A DNA stretch of 43,574 bases, from positions 1 through 43,574 of IMG/VR virus record IMGVR_UViG_2718217869_000002, one strand, 5' to 3'. The position numbers and the translations under genes are program-made. The notes under the pieces are model-generated. The model ran no database searches and had not been told where the DNA came from. It saw nothing but the letters and a program-made list of their open reading frames with translations. Numbering within the stretch: position 1 is the first letter of the stretch; each line of letters opens with the position of its first letter. Origin of the DNA: a virus (Duplodnaviria > Heunggongvirae > Uroviricota > Caudoviricetes). This document shows, piece after piece, positions 29,618 to 42,416 of the stretch.

Positions 29618-30059
29618 TCTCGTTCTTAAGGCTTTACGAAAAGCCGGGCTGTATTCCAATGCCACGTTGACAGATGCTGACCCTCAGGCAATTGAAGATG
29701 CCATTAATGACCTCGAAGACATGATGGCAGCATGGCAGGCTAAAGGTATCGAGCTTGGATATCAGTTTGCTGATACAGAAAACGGCATCATGCCGTTACC
29801 TGACGATGATTCAGGTATCCCTGCATGGGCAAATGATGGCGTCGCTTTGAAACTCGCTGTGCAAGTGTGCATGGATAACGTCATTCAGCCGTCAGACGCT
29901 CTCCTTACCGCTGCTGACAGTGCATATCAGACAATCTGTATCGCTTTAACCAAAATACCACCACTTGAGCGGCGAAATGACATGCCTCGCGGTAGTGGTA
30001 ACAAAAGCGCGTTTACGTGGAATCGGTTTTACATCGAGAAAGATGATCCGAGTACGTGA
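29598..30059 (+). CDS. Head-to-tail adaptor / tail accessory factor (P22 gp4-like)
   Basis: 153 aa; KGDLVLKALRKAGL...ATLTDADPQAIEDAINDLEDMMAAW similar to P22 gp4. Confidence 0.8.
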   Translation: MAKTKGDLVLKALRKAGLYSNATLTDADPQAIEDAINDLEDMMAAWQAKGIELGYQFADTENGIMPLPDDDSGIPAWANDGVALKLAVQVCMDNVIQPSDALLTAADSAYQTICIALTKIPPLERRNDMPRGSGNKSAFTWNRFYIEKDDPST

Positions 30060-30068
30060 GGTGAATAA

Positions 30069-31487
30069 ATGCCGATTCAGCAACTTCCGCTTATGAAAGG
30101 TGTCGGCAAAGACTTTCGAAACGCCGACTATATCGACTATCTGCCAGTGAATATGTTGGCAACCCCCAAAGAAATCCTGAACAGCAGCGGATATCTTCGC
30201 TCATTCCCGGGCATTGCCAAACGCTCTGATGTAAACGGCGTATCGCGCGGCGTCGAGTACAACATGGCGCAGAATGCTGTTTATCGTGTGTGTGGCGGCA
30301 AGCTCTACAAAGGCGAAAGCGAAGTCGGTGACGTCGCCGGAAGTGGTCGCGTATCAATGGCACATGGTCGGACATCTCAGGCTGTAGGCGTTAATGGTCA
30401 ACTGGTCGAGTATCGCTATGATGGCACGGTTAAAACCGTCTCAAACTGGCCTACGGACAGCGGATTCACGCAGTATGAGTTAGGTTCTGTTCGCGACATT
30501 ACTCGCTTACGTGGGCGTTATGCGTGGTCAAAAGACGGCACTGATTCATGGTTTATCACTGACCTTGAAGACGAATCGCATCCTGACCGTTACAGCGCAC
30601 AATATCGTGCCGAGTCTCAGCCGGACGGCATCATCGGTATCGGGACATGGCGAGACTTCATCGTCTGCTTTGGTTCATCGACTATTGAATATTTCTCCCT
30701 GACTGGCGCAACCACCGTTGGTGCTGCTTTGTATGTCGCACAGCCATCACTGATGGTGCAAAAAGGCATCGCCGGGACTTACTGCAAAACACCATTCGCT
30801 GATTCTTATGCGTTCATCAGCAATCCGGCAACTGGTGCTCCGTCTGTATACATCATCGGCTCCGGTCAGGTATCACCAATCGCCAGCGCGAGCATTGAGA
30901 AAATCCTCCGCTCCTACACTGCTGATGAACTGGCTGATGGCGTGATGGAATCGTTGCGGTTTGATGCGCATGAGTTGCTGATTATCCATCTTCCGCGTCA
31001 CGTCCTCGTGTACGACGCATCTTCAAGTGCCAATGGTCCGCAATGGTGTGTGCTGAAAACAGGCCTGTATGACGATGTGTACCGCGCTATCGACTTCATT
31101 TACGAAGGCAATCAGATAACGTGCGGCGATAAGCTAGAGTCCGTGACCGGGAAATTGCAGTTCGATATCAGCAGCCAGTACGACAAGCAGCAGGAACACC
31201 TGCTGTTTACTCCGTTGTTCAAAGCGGATAACGCCAGAGTTTTCGACCTTGAAGTTGAATCTTCAACTGGAGTTGCGCAGTATGCTGACCGCCTGTTCCT
31301 CTCTGCAACCATTGACGGAATCAATTACGGGCGTGAGCAGATGATTGAGCAGAATGAACCGTTCGTTTATGACAAACGTGTTTTGTGGAAGCGAGTCGGG
31401 CGCATCAGGAAAAATGTCGGCTTCAAATTGCGCGTTATCACGAAGTCACCTGTCACTCTGTCTGGCGCTCAGATAAGGATTGAGTAA
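30069..31487 (+). CDS. Tail hub protein (P22 gp10-like)
   Basis: 472 aa, same length class and order as P22 gp10. Confidence 0.8.
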   Translation: MPIQQLPLMKGVGKDFRNADYIDYLPVNMLATPKEILNSSGYLRSFPGIAKRSDVNGVSRGVEYNMAQNAVYRVCGGKLYKGESEVGDVAGSGRVSMAHGRTSQAVGVNGQLVEYRYDGTVKTVSNWPTDSGFTQYELGSVRDITRLRGRYAWSKDGTDSWFITDLEDESHPDRYSAQYRAESQPDGIIGIGTWRDFIVCFGSSTIEYFSLTGATTVGAALYVAQPSLMVQKGIAGTYCKTPFADSYAFISNPATGAPSVYIIGSGQVSPIASASIEKILRSYTADELADGVMESLRFDAHELLIIHLPRHVLVYDASSSANGPQWCVLKTGLYDDVYRAIDFIYEGNQITCGDKLESVTGKLQFDISSQYDKQQEHLLFTPLFKADNARVFDLEVESSTGVAQYADRLFLSATIDGINYGREQMIEQNEPFVYDKRVLWKRVGRIRKNVGFKLRVITKSPVTLSGAQIRIE

Positions 31488-32335
31488 TGGCGGATTCGAA
31501 TCTCAATGTGCCGGTAATCATTCAGGCTACACGGCTCGACACATCAGTCCTTCCACGCAATATCTTCTCGCAGTCGTATCTGCTTTACGTTATCGCTCAG
31601 GGCACTGATGTTGGTAACGTGGCTAACAAGGCCAACGAGGCCGGACAGGGCGCTTATGATGCACAGGTCAGGAACGATGAGCAGGATGTGATTCTCGCTG
31701 ACCATGAGCAGCGAATTTCTGCTGCGGAAGCAACGCTTGTTAATCATGAGGAGCGAATCAGCCATGCAGAATCAACTCTTCAGGAACATGAAACACGAAT
31801 AGCTCAGAATGAAAGCGATATTGCGTCGCTTGATACCAGAGTTCAGTCGCTGGAATCGCAGGTTTCAGACCATGAAACGCGCATCGATGCTCTTGAGTAT
31901 GCCACTACGCGCAAGAAGTCAGAAGTTGTTTACTCTGGCGTATCAGTAACCATCCCGACAGCGCCGACCAACCTTGTTAGCCTGCTGAAAACGCTCACTC
32001 CGTCATCCGGCACGTTGGCACCATTCTTCGACACCGTTAACAACAAGATCGTTGTGTTCAACGAGAACAAAACCTTGTTCTTCAAGCTGTCGATCGTCGG
32101 GACGTGGCCCAGCGGAACCGCCAACAGGTCAATGCAGCTAACCTTTTCCGGCTCTGTTCCTGACACACTGGTAAGCAGTCGCAACTCGGCGACAACAACC
32201 GATAACATCTTGTTAGCTACGTTCTTCAGCGTGGATAAAGACGGCTTTCTTGCCACAAATGGCAGCACGTTAACCATTCAGTCGAATGGTGCGGCGTTTA
32301 CTGCCACAACCATCAAGATAATCGCGGAGCAGTGA
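31487..32335 (+). CDS. Tail needle (P22 gp26-like N-terminus with distinct C-terminal knob domain)
   Basis: N-terminus [43 protein letters not shown] matches gp26; heptad coiled coil; 282 aa as in Sf6-type needles. Confidence 0.85.
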   Translation: MADSNLNVPVIIQATRLDTSVLPRNIFSQSYLLYVIAQGTDVGNVANKANEAGQGAYDAQVRNDEQDVILADHEQRISAAEATLVNHEERISHAESTLQEHETRIAQNESDIASLDTRVQSLESQVSDHETRIDALEYATTRKKSEVVYSGVSVTIPTAPTNLVSLLKTLTPSSGTLAPFFDTVNNKIVVFNENKTLFFKLSIVGTWPSGTANRSMQLTFSGSVPDTLVSSRNSATTTDNILLATFFSVDKDGFLATNGSTLTIQSNGAAFTATTIKIIAEQ

Positions 32336-32790
32336 TGATTCAGTTCAAACCAACGCGAAACATCGACCTGATCGAAGCAGTCGGAAATCACCCTGACATT
32401 ATTGCCGGGAGCAACAACGGTGATGGATACGACTACAAGCCTGAATGCCGTTACTTTGAGGTTAACGTGCACGGTCAGTTTGGCGGCATTGTTTACTATC
32501 AGGAGATTCAGCCGCTGACATTCGATTGCCACGCCATGTACCTGCCAGAGGTTCGTGGATTCAGCAAGGAAATCGGGCTGGCGTTCTGGCGATACATTCT
32601 GACTAACACCACCGTTCAGTGCGTCACATCATTTGCTGCACGCAAATTCCGCCACGGTCAGATGTACTGCGCAATGATTGGCCTTAAGCGTGTAGGAACC
32701 ATCAAGAAATACTTCAAAGGCGTGGATGACGTGACATTTTACAGTGCTACACGCGAAGAACTAATCGAATTCCTGAATCACGGGAGATAG
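32332..32790 (+). CDS. Head assembly/ejection-associated protein (P22 gp14 position)
   Basis: 152 aa; assigned by conserved gene order 26-14-7-20-16. Confidence 0.5.
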   Translation: MMIQFKPTRNIDLIEAVGNHPDIIAGSNNGDGYDYKPECRYFEVNVHGQFGGIVYYQEIQPLTFDCHAMYLPEVRGFSKEIGLAFWRYILTNTTVQCVTSFAARKFRHGQMYCAMIGLKRVGTIKKYFKGVDDVTFYSATREELIEFLNHGR

Positions 32791-32792
32791 CC

Positions 32793-33485
32793 ATGTTATA
32801 TGCATTTAAGCTGGGCAGAAAACTGCGCGGCGAGGAACCTTATTGCCCTGAAAAAGGCGGGAAAGGTGGCAGTTCTGATAAAAGCGCAAAGTATGCCGCA
32901 GAAGCTCAGAAGTATGCAGCAGACCTGCAAAATCAGCAGTGGCAGACGATCATGAAAAACCTTGCTCCGTTCACGCCTCTTGCTGAGCAGTATGTTAACC
33001 AGCTTCAGAACCTTTCCAGTTTAGAAGGTCAGGGGCAGGCACTTAATCAGTATTACAACTCTCAGCAGTATAAAGACCTTGCAGGTCAGGCTCGTTACCA
33101 GAGTCTTGCTGCTGCGGAGGCTACGGGAGGACTTGGTTCGACAGCCACAAGCAATCAACTGGCCACGATTGCCCCGACTCTCGGTCAGTCTTGGTTATCA
33201 AACCAGATGAGCAACTACAACAATCTGGCAAACATTGGCCTTGGTGCGCTGCAAGGTCAGGCGAACGCCGGGCAGACATACGCCAACAACATGAGCAGCA
33301 TTGCACAGCAAAGCGCAGCTCTTGCCGCTGCTAATGCCAATAAACCATCAAGTCTTCAGACTGCAATTAGCGGTGGCACGTCTGGTGCGATTGCCGGTGC
33401 AGGTCTTGCCAGCCTTTTGGGAACATCAACACCTTGGGGCGCTGGCATTGGTGCTGGTATCGGATTGCTTGGCTCGTTGTTTTAA
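32793..33485 (+). CDS. Ejection (internal virion) protein, P22 gp7-like
   Basis: 230 aa, Gln/Ala/Gly-rich low-complexity protein at gp7 position. Confidence 0.7.
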   Translation: MLYAFKLGRKLRGEEPYCPEKGGKGGSSDKSAKYAAEAQKYAADLQNQQWQTIMKNLAPFTPLAEQYVNQLQNLSSLEGQGQALNQYYNSQQYKDLAGQARYQSLAAAEATGGLGSTATSNQLATIAPTLGQSWLSNQMSNYNNLANIGLGALQGQANAGQTYANNMSSIAQQSAALAAANANKPSSLQTAISGGTSGAIAGAGLASLLGTSTPWGAGIGAGIGLLGSLF

Positions 33486-33494
33486 GGGGTAATC

Positions 33495-34901
33495 ATGGCT
33501 ACTTGGCAAGGATCAAATGGCGGATTGTTGGCTGGTATCGGCGGCGTCAACTCAAACGCTCCGAGCGTAAATGACATCGGCAATACGCTTCAGCTTATCA
33601 GACAGAACAATGATATTGAGCGTTCAGGCGCTAACAATGTTGGTCTGGCTGCTTTGCAAGGCCTTTCAGGTATTGCGGGGGTGTTTCAGCAGGAAAAGCA
33701 GGCTCAGCGGCAGAAAGAATTTCAGCAGGCATACGCTAATGCTTATGCGTCTGGTGATCGCGGTGCTTTGCGTCAGTTGGCTACTCAATATCCAGACCAG
33801 ATTGAATCCGTTCGTAAAGGCATGGGATTCATTGATGAAGAGCAGCGTAATTCTATCGGCACCTTAGCAGCTGGCGCACGCCTTGCTGCCTCGTCTCCAG
33901 AAGCAATGCAATCATGGCTGCAAAACAACGCCAAGGAACTGGCGCGCGTCGGTGTTGACCCTAATAACATTGCTCAGATGTATCAGCAGAACCCTTCAGG
34001 ATTTGGTGAGTTTGTTGATCACCTTGGAATGGCTGCTCTTGGTCCGATTGATTACTTCAATGTTCAGGACAAGATGGCTGGTCGTGAGATTGACCGAGGC
34101 AGACTGGCAGAGACAATCCGCAGCAATCAGGCTGGTGAAGCACTTCAGGCGAGAGGGCAAAACCTTTCCTATCAGTCAGCAATGACTGGGCACAATATCG
34201 CAGCACAACGCTTGGCTCTGGATCAGCAAGAGTTCGGGTTTAAGATGCAGCAAGCGCAGGAAAAGGCTCAGCAGTTGATTAGCGAAGCACCTAAGCTGTC
34301 AGTAAACATGGAAAAAGGCATCGAGATGGCTGTAAACAATGCCACAGCATCATCAAACTCAGCCAATTCTATGAGTGCGCTTGCTCAACAGTTCAGAGCA
34401 GAAAAACCAACGACAGGTTTGTTCGGTAACGCACAGAACATGTTCGCAAAACTTACCGGAAGCGATACGACATTGCGTGATTTGCGCATTCGCCAAAATG
34501 CCCTTGTTAACAGTCAGGTTCTTAAATTCCTACCTCCCGGCCCCGCAACGGATAAAGACGTTGAGATCGTTCGTCAGGGTGCACCAACTGACATGGATAA
34601 CCCTGAGACGGTCGCAAGATGGCTTGATGCGATGGCAAACCTTGAGCGACGAAATGCGCAGTTTAATGAGTTTAAAGCCGAGTGGATGAGCGCGAATGGC
34701 AATCCAGGACAATCGCGCAATGGCGGTCAGATATTGGGGTTGGATGTTAAAAAAGGTGAATCAATGGGGAGTGCCGTTAAGCGGTATATGTCAATGAATA
34801 CTGACGCAGCGCCAGCACAAGATTCGACACCTTCAGGAGAACCACGGAATCAGGTTGGATCATATACCTCAAAATCAGGCATTCAATTTACGGTGGAATG
34901 A
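33495..34901 (+). CDS. Ejection protein, P22 gp20-like
   Basis: 468 aa at gp20 position and size. Confidence 0.7.
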   Translation: MATWQGSNGGLLAGIGGVNSNAPSVNDIGNTLQLIRQNNDIERSGANNVGLAALQGLSGIAGVFQQEKQAQRQKEFQQAYANAYASGDRGALRQLATQYPDQIESVRKGMGFIDEEQRNSIGTLAAGARLAASSPEAMQSWLQNNAKELARVGVDPNNIAQMYQQNPSGFGEFVDHLGMAALGPIDYFNVQDKMAGREIDRGRLAETIRSNQAGEALQARGQNLSYQSAMTGHNIAAQRLALDQQEFGFKMQQAQEKAQQLISEAPKLSVNMEKGIEMAVNNATASSNSANSMSALAQQFRAEKPTTGLFGNAQNMFAKLTGSDTTLRDLRIRQNALVNSQVLKFLPPGPATDKDVEIVRQGAPTDMDNPETVARWLDAMANLERRNAQFNEFKAEWMSANGNPGQSRNGGQILGLDVKKGESMGSAVKRYMSMNTDAAPAQDSTPSGEPRNQVGSYTSKSGIQFTVE

Positions 34902-36745
34902 TGAAAGTAACTGCAAACGGTAAGACATTTACCTTCCCTGATGGTACGAGCACGGAAGATATTGGCACCGCCATTGATGAGTATTTTGCTGGTCAGGCTG
35001 TTCAGCAACAAACAGTTAATCAGGCCAATAATGCACCAACACGGGAAGAACCATCATTGATGCAACAAGCTGGCGATTGGCTCACTGGTGGTCAAAGTGC
35101 AGGGCAAATTGCAGAACAGGCTGGTCGTGGTCTGGTAAACATACCATTTGACGTATTGCAGGGCGGCGCAAGTCTGATTAATGCAATCAGCCAGGGGCTT
35201 GGTGGCCCCAAGGTTTTGGACGATGTCTATCGTCCAGTCGATCGACCAACAGACCCTTATGCGCAAGCTGGAGAAACAATTGGCGGGTATTTAGTTCCAG
35301 GAGTTGGAACGGCAGGAAGCATGGCTATTGGATCACTGGCAGAGGCCGCAAATCAGAAAGGCGATTTCGCACAAAATGCAGCTAAAAATGCCGGAGTTAA
35401 CCTTGCCGCTCAGGGGGTTCTTTCCGCAGCAGCAAAGGGAATAGGGCGTGGAATAACGGCTATAAAAGGTGATATTGCGCCAGAAGTGGCGAAGAAAATT
35501 GCCACATCAGAATCGATGGGCGTGACACCAATGACATCTGATGTTATCCCGCCGAAAAATGCTTTCACTCGCGGCCTAACTCAGGATGCCGAGGGGGCTT
35601 TGCTCGGGACAGGCTCAAAGCGAGCGGAGCAATATGCAACGCGTAGTAAGCTGGTAAGTAATTATTTTGACCGTTTTGGTGAGTACAACCCTGATGATGT
35701 GGTGAAATCTCTTACCACCACGTTAAGGGGGCGGAAGGATGCCGCTGGCGCTGTTATCAATGACGTCACCAATAAAATGGGTAATGCCGCAGTTGATACC
35801 ACAAATACCATGAATGCTCTGAATACAGCGATCGCAAGACAGGAACGGCTTGGGACGTCTGCCAATCAAAGCCTGCTTACATCCTTGCGTAACCTACGTG
35901 AAGAATTAGCAAACCCTGCAACTGATTTGGATGTTACGTTTGATCTCTTGCGTCAGCACAGAACAGCATTTAGATCTAATGTTCAGGGAGATGCTATGGT
36001 CTTCCCAAACCAGGCAAAAGCAGCTACCAATATGGTAGAGAATGCAATGTCAAAAGATCTTCGTAACGCAGTTGCAAAAAACCTCGGTGCATCAGACGCA
36101 GCAAAATACCTTAAAGCAAATTCCGATTATGCAAACGTTTATAATAAGGTGCTTAATAAAAACATTGCTAACAAGCTCAACAAGGCAAGCAGTGAAGCCA
36201 GTCCTGAACTTATAAATACCGTTGTATTAAGCAGAAAACCATCTGACGTGAAACGAATCTGGAGCGCATTGGATAATAAAGGGAAAGATGCTATGCGTGC
36301 AGCTTATGTCAGCAAAATAGCGGAAAAGGCCGGTGACTCTCCAGCCAAGTTCATCACTGAAGTTAATAAGCTGAAATCTCAGTCAGGCGGTGAAATTTAC
36401 AACACTATTTTTTCTGGAAAGCACATGAAAGAGCTTGATTCTCTTCATGAAGTTCTACAGCAAACAGCAAGGTCAGACACCGCAAATGTAGTAACTCAGA
36501 CGGGGCAATCGCAAGCCAACAGGATAAGGACGATTGGCGCAACTGCGACTCTTGGCGTATCAATGGGGCTTGAGGCTGGTTTCGGTGCAATGATGCGCTT
36601 GTATGAGTCAAAAGCAGCAAGGAATGCTCTCTTACGTTTGGCAAACACCAAAGCAGGAACACCAGCCTATGAAAGAGCGCTAAATAATGCTGCAAATGCG
36701 ATACGCCCTATACTTTCAAGCCAAATTACAGCAGAACAGCAATAA
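34898..36745 (+). CDS. Ejection protein, P22 gp16-like
   Basis: 615 aa at gp16 position and size. Confidence 0.7.
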   Translation: MMKVTANGKTFTFPDGTSTEDIGTAIDEYFAGQAVQQQTVNQANNAPTREEPSLMQQAGDWLTGGQSAGQIAEQAGRGLVNIPFDVLQGGASLINAISQGLGGPKVLDDVYRPVDRPTDPYAQAGETIGGYLVPGVGTAGSMAIGSLAEAANQKGDFAQNAAKNAGVNLAAQGVLSAAAKGIGRGITAIKGDIAPEVAKKIATSESMGVTPMTSDVIPPKNAFTRGLTQDAEGALLGTGSKRAEQYATRSKLVSNYFDRFGEYNPDDVVKSLTTTLRGRKDAAGAVINDVTNKMGNAAVDTTNTMNALNTAIARQERLGTSANQSLLTSLRNLREELANPATDLDVTFDLLRQHRTAFRSNVQGDAMVFPNQAKAATNMVENAMSKDLRNAVAKNLGASDAAKYLKANSDYANVYNKVLNKNIANKLNKASSEASPELINTVVLSRKPSDVKRIWSALDNKGKDAMRAAYVSKIAEKAGDSPAKFITEVNKLKSQSGGEIYNTIFSGKHMKELDSLHEVLQQTARSDTANVVTQTGQSQANRIRTIGATATLGVSMGLEAGFGAMMRLYESKAARNALLRLANTKAGTPAYERALNNAANAIRPILSSQITAEQQ

Positions 36746-36758
36746 AAATAAGATATAA

Positions 36759-37244
36759 CTATCTGATATTACTGCTACTGTTGCATGTTACCGTGTTTCC
36801 AAATCCTGAATTGCAGTTTGTATATGTGTCAACGCGTGTTGGGTAAGGTTGAGTTATAACAGGCTGGCGCGCTTTTTGCTCGATCGCTTGCATTGTGTTT
36901 ACAGCCTGATAATTCAATAAAGCCTGCTGGAATGCTTGGCTTTGTGCTATTTGTTGGGCTTGTTCTTGGCTTTGTAATTGAACATAAAGATTCTGAAGCT
37001 CAAGTCTTGCCTGTGCGTCACTTATCTTGCCTTCATCGACACCTTGCCCGAGCATCTTTGCAGCAAGGACATACAGCTTAGGTGTTGGTGCTGATGCCAT
37101 GCGTGAGTCGTTCTTCACACTGGCATCAAGGCAATTAGCCATATCGCTAAGCTTTGGATGGCGTTGTTCGCAACTTGCTTGATAGTCACTTACTTTTGCG
37201 CATCCAACCAGCAGAATCGGGATAATTAACAGTGATTTTTTCAT
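36759..37244 (-). CDS. Lipoprotein of unknown function downstream of mnt (sieA position)
   Basis: 161 aa from ATG 37244 with AAGGAG RBS; signal peptide plus lipobox LLVGC; Gln-rich helical middle, Cys-containing C-terminus. Confidence 0.6.
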   Translation of the reverse strand: MKKSLLIIPILLVGCAKVSDYQASCEQRHPKLSDMANCLDASVKNDSRMASAPTPKLYVLAAKMLGQGVDEGKISDAQARLELQNLYVQLQSQEQAQQIAQSQAFQQALLNYQAVNTMQAIEQKARQPVITQPYPTRVDTYTNCNSGFGNTVTCNSSSNIR

Positions 37245-37314
37245 ATGGTTAACTCTCCTTAGTTTTTCACAGGATAGCATGAAGGCAATGCCATTTTAGC
37301 CGGAAACTAGATTT

Positions 37315-37581
37315 CTATGTTTCCTTTTTATTATTGCTATACATGGTCTTAAGCGTTTCAAATACCATTTTCTTAACCATATCAGATTGTTGTTCTGCCA
37401 TACGCTCTGCATCGTCAATGTAAACGGATGCAGAGCTTTGTTTAGCCAATGATTCTTCAATCGCTGCAATTATCTCTGAGTTCAGCGACCTGTTATTCAT
37501 CTTCGCACGCTGTTTAATTTTCGCGTGGAGTTCATGCGGAAGTCTCAAGTGAAACTGCGCCTCGTCGTATTTGCTGTACAT
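37315..37581 (-). CDS. mnt: Mnt-like ribbon-helix-helix repressor
   Basis: 88 aa; FHLRLPHELHAKIKQRAKMNNRSLNSEIIAAIEESL...DDAERMAEQQSDMVKKMVFETLK similar to P22 Mnt; no arc/ant partner present. Confidence 0.75.
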   Translation of the reverse strand: MYSKYDEAQFHLRLPHELHAKIKQRAKMNNRSLNSEIIAAIEESLAKQSSASVYIDDAERMAEQQSDMVKKMVFETLKTMYSNNKKET

Positions 37582-37702
37582 CCTTGATGCCTCACCAGTT
37601 GGGTGGAATGGCATCGTAACCTACTGGATAAATACTCAATAGTACCATTTCTGTATGCAATCACATCATGGTTGCATCATATCATTCGTCTGGAGCAATG
37701 AA

Positions 37703-39514
37703 ATGTCAGATATCACCGCAAACTTAGTGGTAGGGATGCCTTCGCAGCTTTTCACGCTGGCACGCTCATTTAAAGCAAATGCCAACGGTAAAATCTATCT
37801 TGGGCTACCAGATACCGATCCTACAATCCCAGCGAACCAAATCCCTGTTTATATTGAAAGTGAAACTGGAGATCTGATTCCAACTGCTCAGCCGATAGTC
37901 ATTAACGCGGGTGGCTATCCTGTTTACAACGGGCAGATATCAAAGTTCGTTACTGTGCAGAATTACAGTATGACTGTTTATGACGCCTATGGCTCTCAGC
38001 AGTTCTACTTCCCTGACATTGCAAAATACGACCCAGATCAGTTAAGGCAACAGCTTGAGAGTAGTTCTGGTGCTGACATTGTAATGACTGGATCAGCTCC
38101 ATTCATTGTTAGAAGTGTTGGCGACATTCTAAAAGACATTCCTACCAATAAATATTTTGGTGCGAAATGTGATGGTGTAACTGATGATACAGTAGCGAAT
38201 CAAACTGCTCTTGATTGGTCTGCTGATAACAAAAGAACTGTTCTTTTTGTTGGCAAGTCATGTACATCATCCAGGTTGGTTTTAAAAAGCGGAGCGAGGA
38301 TGGAGAACATAGGTTCAATAGCTCCTAAAAATTTCACTGACACAGTTGTTATAGAAATAAAGGATGATTCATGGAGGACTCCATATAATGACGGGATAAC
38401 AGCAATTCAGACTGGAAATCGGGTTCTTCTGAATAATATTAACATAGAACCTGACGAAGTGATAAATGCTGTTGGTATTTATGGAACTGATGGAGTTGGT
38501 CCTGTAATTAATAATGCCAGAATATTTAACATGAGAAATGGAGGTGTTGATATTGAAAAGGGATATGAATGGAAATTTTCAAACTTGTCTATTGTGGCTC
38601 CTTTCGATCAGTCAATAGACTCTACAGCACCAGGAATTCTCCATAGAACAAGTGATAGCATGTATCACAATACAACAGTTACAGGTTACACAACTGGCAT
38701 GAGGATCACGTCTGGTGCTAATGATGTAACAAATACCCATGTATGGGGTCTTGCAGGAAGCAGAACAACCAGGGTAATGCTTATTGGATTAGACGTGTCA
38801 GGGAGCGCTAACAACATTACAAACTTCTATAGCGACTCACCACACAAGAAAGATTCAACACCTGCTAGCGTTACTAACGGTGGGATTGCATTTAATATCT
38901 CAGGATTCAACAACACGTTTAACGGATGCCGAGCATTGTTTCATCATGATGATGGAACCAAGTATGGAAAGATTTTTAATATTACAGGAACTGAGAATAC
39001 ATTCTTGTCATCTATGTGCTCAGATTTATCAGGAGTTGAGGATGCAGGTATCTTTGTTTTCTCTGGTTCCGGGACTCCAGTAAATAACTATGTGTATGGT
39101 GGTAATATTCAGAGTCTGTATGTTTTCCCTCAGTCTGTTGGATTCAACCCTACAATAAATGCTCCGTGTACCTATACTTCACAAATATACAGGCATGAAT
39201 TGACTCAGCGCAACGTATCAGGAAGACTAACCATTTCTTGTAATATCACAAGTAATGTTGGTTCTGGTGCTTTTTCTATAACCCTTCCGTCATATTTAAG
39301 CTCGTTTAAAGGTGATTGCATGGGTTCTATACTTACTATATTAAATAGTGCAATAAGGACTGACACTAATTTATTGGAGGTAAATGGTTACATTACAGGA
39401 GGTAAAATTTTCTTCCGCAGAATCTTTAGGTCAGGCTCACCTGTTGATGTTCAGATAACAGATCTGATAACAGGTAATGCAACAATAGACTTAAGCTTTT
39501 CTTGTTGTTTATGA
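37703..39514 (+). CDS. Tailspike protein (P22-type head-binding N-domain, divergent beta-helix receptor-binding domain)
   Basis: N-terminus [52 protein letters not shown] matches P22 gp9 residues 1-110; remainder unrelated with beta-helix-like repeats. Confidence 0.85.
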   Translation: MSDITANLVVGMPSQLFTLARSFKANANGKIYLGLPDTDPTIPANQIPVYIESETGDLIPTAQPIVINAGGYPVYNGQISKFVTVQNYSMTVYDAYGSQQFYFPDIAKYDPDQLRQQLESSSGADIVMTGSAPFIVRSVGDILKDIPTNKYFGAKCDGVTDDTVANQTALDWSADNKRTVLFVGKSCTSSRLVLKSGARMENIGSIAPKNFTDTVVIEIKDDSWRTPYNDGITAIQTGNRVLLNNINIEPDEVINAVGIYGTDGVGPVINNARIFNMRNGGVDIEKGYEWKFSNLSIVAPFDQSIDSTAPGILHRTSDSMYHNTTVTGYTTGMRITSGANDVTNTHVWGLAGSRTTRVMLIGLDVSGSANNITNFYSDSPHKKDSTPASVTNGGIAFNISGFNNTFNGCRALFHHDDGTKYGKIFNITGTENTFLSSMCSDLSGVEDAGIFVFSGSGTPVNNYVYGGNIQSLYVFPQSVGFNPTINAPCTYTSQIYRHELTQRNVSGRLTISCNITSNVGSGAFSITLPSYLSSFKGDCMGSILTILNSAIRTDTNLLEVNGYITGGKIFFRRIFRSGSPVDVQITDLITGNATIDLSFSCCL

Positions 39515-39566
39515 TTTTAATTTGATGCCGGATTGGGTTTTATTCTTTCCGGCACCAAAAAAATAA

Positions 39567-40994
39567 TCATTTACATGGATTTATTCCGTAATATATTACA
39601 ATATCATCTTTATATCTGAATATTGAGTAATATCTTGATGAAATCAATGGCTCTGATTTGATGCCACAAACCATGCGCAACATGCCGCTTTTAACAACGT
39701 TATTATAAAGTGCAACATTTTTTATGTTGTACTGTTGCATTATAGAAATTGATATCCATGGCACAGCCGGGCTATATATCTGCCTAATAAATTTGTTAGC
39801 AGACAGTATCTTCCCGGTTATCCGCGAATTATATATGTCTCCGTAAGCGTAAACATATCCCTTGAAATCAAGTTTAGATAGATCATTAGCTGCAAGTGAA
39901 ATAACAAATTCCTCATACTTTCTTTGCTCTTTTATGGCATTCGAAAATAGAAAAGAAGTAGATAAGGAGAAAAACAAAATAACAGATACGAATGCAGTGT
40001 AAGTATTTTTATTAAACGCCTTATAAAATGAATAAATGAACAATGCTATAGAAGCAGAAAGGCCAGACAATACCCTAACGTCTGTTATACCCTCCCTTAA
40101 AAGAAATGCAGGCCCAGTCATGGAAAGTAAAATTGCAACTGGGGATAAAGTAATAAATAAAATATTTACCACACCTTCATTTCTTGACTTTATGACATAC
40201 GTCAAATAACAAAATAAAAAACACGCGGCACCTAAAATAACTATAAATTCATATAACTTGCCTACCAAGCCAAAATAAAAGTATACCTTTTCTAGGGATG
40301 ACATGAAAGATTTAATAATATCGGATGGGTCGATGTATGACGCCCTTCCTGAATTCATCTTGAAAAAATAACTTATCAATATGAAGTATAATAAATATGA
40401 TGATAAAAAAACTAAAAGAGATTTTATGTTTGATATTTTTGCATATTTATAAACTGCGTTACCTGCAACTAATGTTATAAATATGTTGGCGCAAGGCTGA
40501 TACAGGCAAAGAGATGATACTAGAAGTATCACTGAAAAAACTATCGATACTTTTCTTTTTTCGTCATATATAAAAAAAGATAAAACACAAAGCGCTGTAG
40601 CCAATACCATAGTGAACGAGTCAAACTGATATGCAGCGTTCTGAATGAAAAATGGAGTTACAAAGATAGATGTCAAGAATAAAGAAAAAACGAATTTATT
40701 GTTTTCTTGAGATAATTTATCTGAAACATACCAAATTACAGCAGATGCAACTATCACGCCTGTTAGTAATGGCATAGGTGCTGTATTAGGAAGCATTTTA
40801 AAGTTCAAAGAGAATATATGCATTAGGAAATCGGAAAGAGGTCTTCCCAAAACCCCCCACCCATCAAAAGAAAACAATGATCTATCTAAGTCATCCCTGT
40901 AAAGAACATCCGCGGATATTATTGGATAGAAAAATATCGCAATTAAAAACAATGGGATGTAAAAATATTTAGAATTAAACATTCCTATTTTCAC
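39567..40994 (-). CDS. Serotype-specific O-antigen glucosyltransferase (GtrC-type polytopic membrane protein)
   Basis: 475 aa, many TM segments, very AT-rich coding sequence; third gene of gtrA-gtrB-gtr(type) cluster. Confidence 0.7.
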   Translation of the reverse strand: MKIGMFNSKYFYIPLFLIAIFFYPIISADVLYRDDLDRSLFSFDGWGVLGRPLSDFLMHIFSLNFKMLPNTAPMPLLTGVIVASAVIWYVSDKLSQENNKFVFSLFLTSIFVTPFFIQNAAYQFDSFTMVLATALCVLSFFIYDEKRKVSIVFSVILLVSSLCLYQPCANIFITLVAGNAVYKYAKISNIKSLLVFLSSYLLYFILISYFFKMNSGRASYIDPSDIIKSFMSSLEKVYFYFGLVGKLYEFIVILGAACFLFCYLTYVIKSRNEGVVNILFITLSPVAILLSMTGPAFLLREGITDVRVLSGLSASIALFIYSFYKAFNKNTYTAFVSVILFFSLSTSFLFSNAIKEQRKYEEFVISLAANDLSKLDFKGYVYAYGDIYNSRITGKILSANKFIRQIYSPAVPWISISIMQQYNIKNVALYNNVVKSGMLRMVCGIKSEPLISSRYYSIFRYKDDIVIYYGINPCK

Positions 40995-41904
40995 CTTTCT
41001 TTAGTATGTACTTTGGTCTTTTTTTGGTTTCTATGTATATGCGTCCAATGTATTCACCAAGGACACCAATCCCAATCAATTGAATGCCGCCAAGGAAAAG
41101 TATGGAAACCAACAGTGACGGGTATCCAGGAACACTATTACCGAAAAGAAGCTTATCTAAAATCATCCACGCGCCATAAATGAATGACAGGCTGGCGACA
41201 GCAAGTCCGATGTATGTCCACATGCGCAATGGAAAAGTTGAGAAACTGGTGATTCCTTCAAGCGCGAGATTCCACAGCTTCCAGCCATTGAACTTGCTGT
41301 CACCAGCTATGCGTTCTGCGCGAGCATACTCGACGACGTCAGTCTTTCCACCAACCCAGCTAAGTATGCCTTTCATAAACAGGTTGCGTTCAGGCATTGA
41401 TTTAATGTTCTCAACCACTTCACGCGACATAAGCCGAAAGTCTCCGACGTTTTCCTCAATCTTCGGATTGCTTATTTTATTGTGGAGCTTATAGAACCAC
41501 TCAGCCGTTTTTCGCTTCAGTCTGCCATCCGTTGAGCGGTCAGATCGTTTAGCAAGCACCATATCAGCGCCTGCCTGCCATTTTTCAATCAGTTGAGGTA
41601 TTACCTCAATCGGGTCTTGCAGGTCAACATCAATAGGAATAACAGCATCGCCTGTTGCATGGTCTAACCCTGCAAACAATGCTGGTTCTTTACCAAAGTT
41701 GCGCGTAAATGACAGCGGAACAACTAGCGGATCAGAAACAGCCAGAGCGTAAATTATTGACTCTGTAGAGTCTTTGCTGCCGTCATTTATGAAAACAATT
41801 TCCACCTCATATGGCTTCAACTCTTCGAGTTCACGTACCGTTTTATAAAAAATTGGTATCGCTTCTTCTTCATTGAAGACAGGAACTACAAGAGATATCT
41901 TCAT
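40975..41904 (-). CDS. gtrB: Bactoprenol glucosyltransferase GtrB (GT2 family)
   Basis: 309 aa; N-terminal GT2 motifs ([21 protein letters not shown]) and two C-terminal TM helices. Confidence 0.85.
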   Translation of the reverse strand: MKISLVVPVFNEEEAIPIFYKTVRELEELKPYEVEIVFINDGSKDSTESIIYALAVSDPLVVPLSFTRNFGKEPALFAGLDHATGDAVIPIDVDLQDPIEVIPQLIEKWQAGADMVLAKRSDRSTDGRLKRKTAEWFYKLHNKISNPKIEENVGDFRLMSREVVENIKSMPERNLFMKGILSWVGGKTDVVEYARAERIAGDSKFNGWKLWNLALEGITSFSTFPLRMWTYIGLAVASLSFIYGAWMILDKLLFGNSVPGYPSLLVSILFLGGIQLIGIGVLGEYIGRIYIETKKRPKYILKKGENRNV

Positions 41905-42263
41905 TTCGCATCCCTAAAGACAATGAACTTTGAATATACGAAACCGCACACCAGGCTGATGGCGGAGAAAGTGATAAGGGTTAGCATCGGGGGAAGTGCG
42001 CATCTATCAGCAGCCCATCCAACAGTTGCACTCAGTGTTCCCATGAACCCGACATATAACATGTAGCGCATCGTTGTAGTCGATGCTTTGAATGTGAATT
42101 TTGCATTCGCGAAGAAGCTAAAGCTCACAGCCACAACGAAACCTGCGAAGTTTGCAAGAGCCTGGTTTGTATGCGCTGCATAGATACAAACACCAAAAAC
42201 CACCCAGTGTATAAGTGTGTTCAGCACACCAATCGAGGTGTACTTTGCAAATAGCTTTAACAT
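41901..42263 (-). CDS. gtrA: GtrA flippase-like small membrane protein
   Basis: 120 aa, four TM helices, immediately upstream of gtrB. Confidence 0.8.
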   Translation of the reverse strand: MLKLFAKYTSIGVLNTLIHWVVFGVCIYAAHTNQALANFAGFVVAVSFSFFANAKFTFKASTTTMRYMLYVGFMGTLSATVGWAADRCALPPMLTLITFSAISLVCGFVYSKFIVFRDAK

Positions 42264-42416
42264 TTCTTCTATCAGCTAATAATCAAAGGCATGAAGTCTA
42301 TCATCCAAGTCTCAATCGATCGATGACTTGCTGTGGTTGATGAGGCAAAACTGAGACAAACAAAGCTTTGTACTGGATTGCAAGGTTTTGTGCTCTTCGA
42401 TAGTGGTTAAGGTGGA

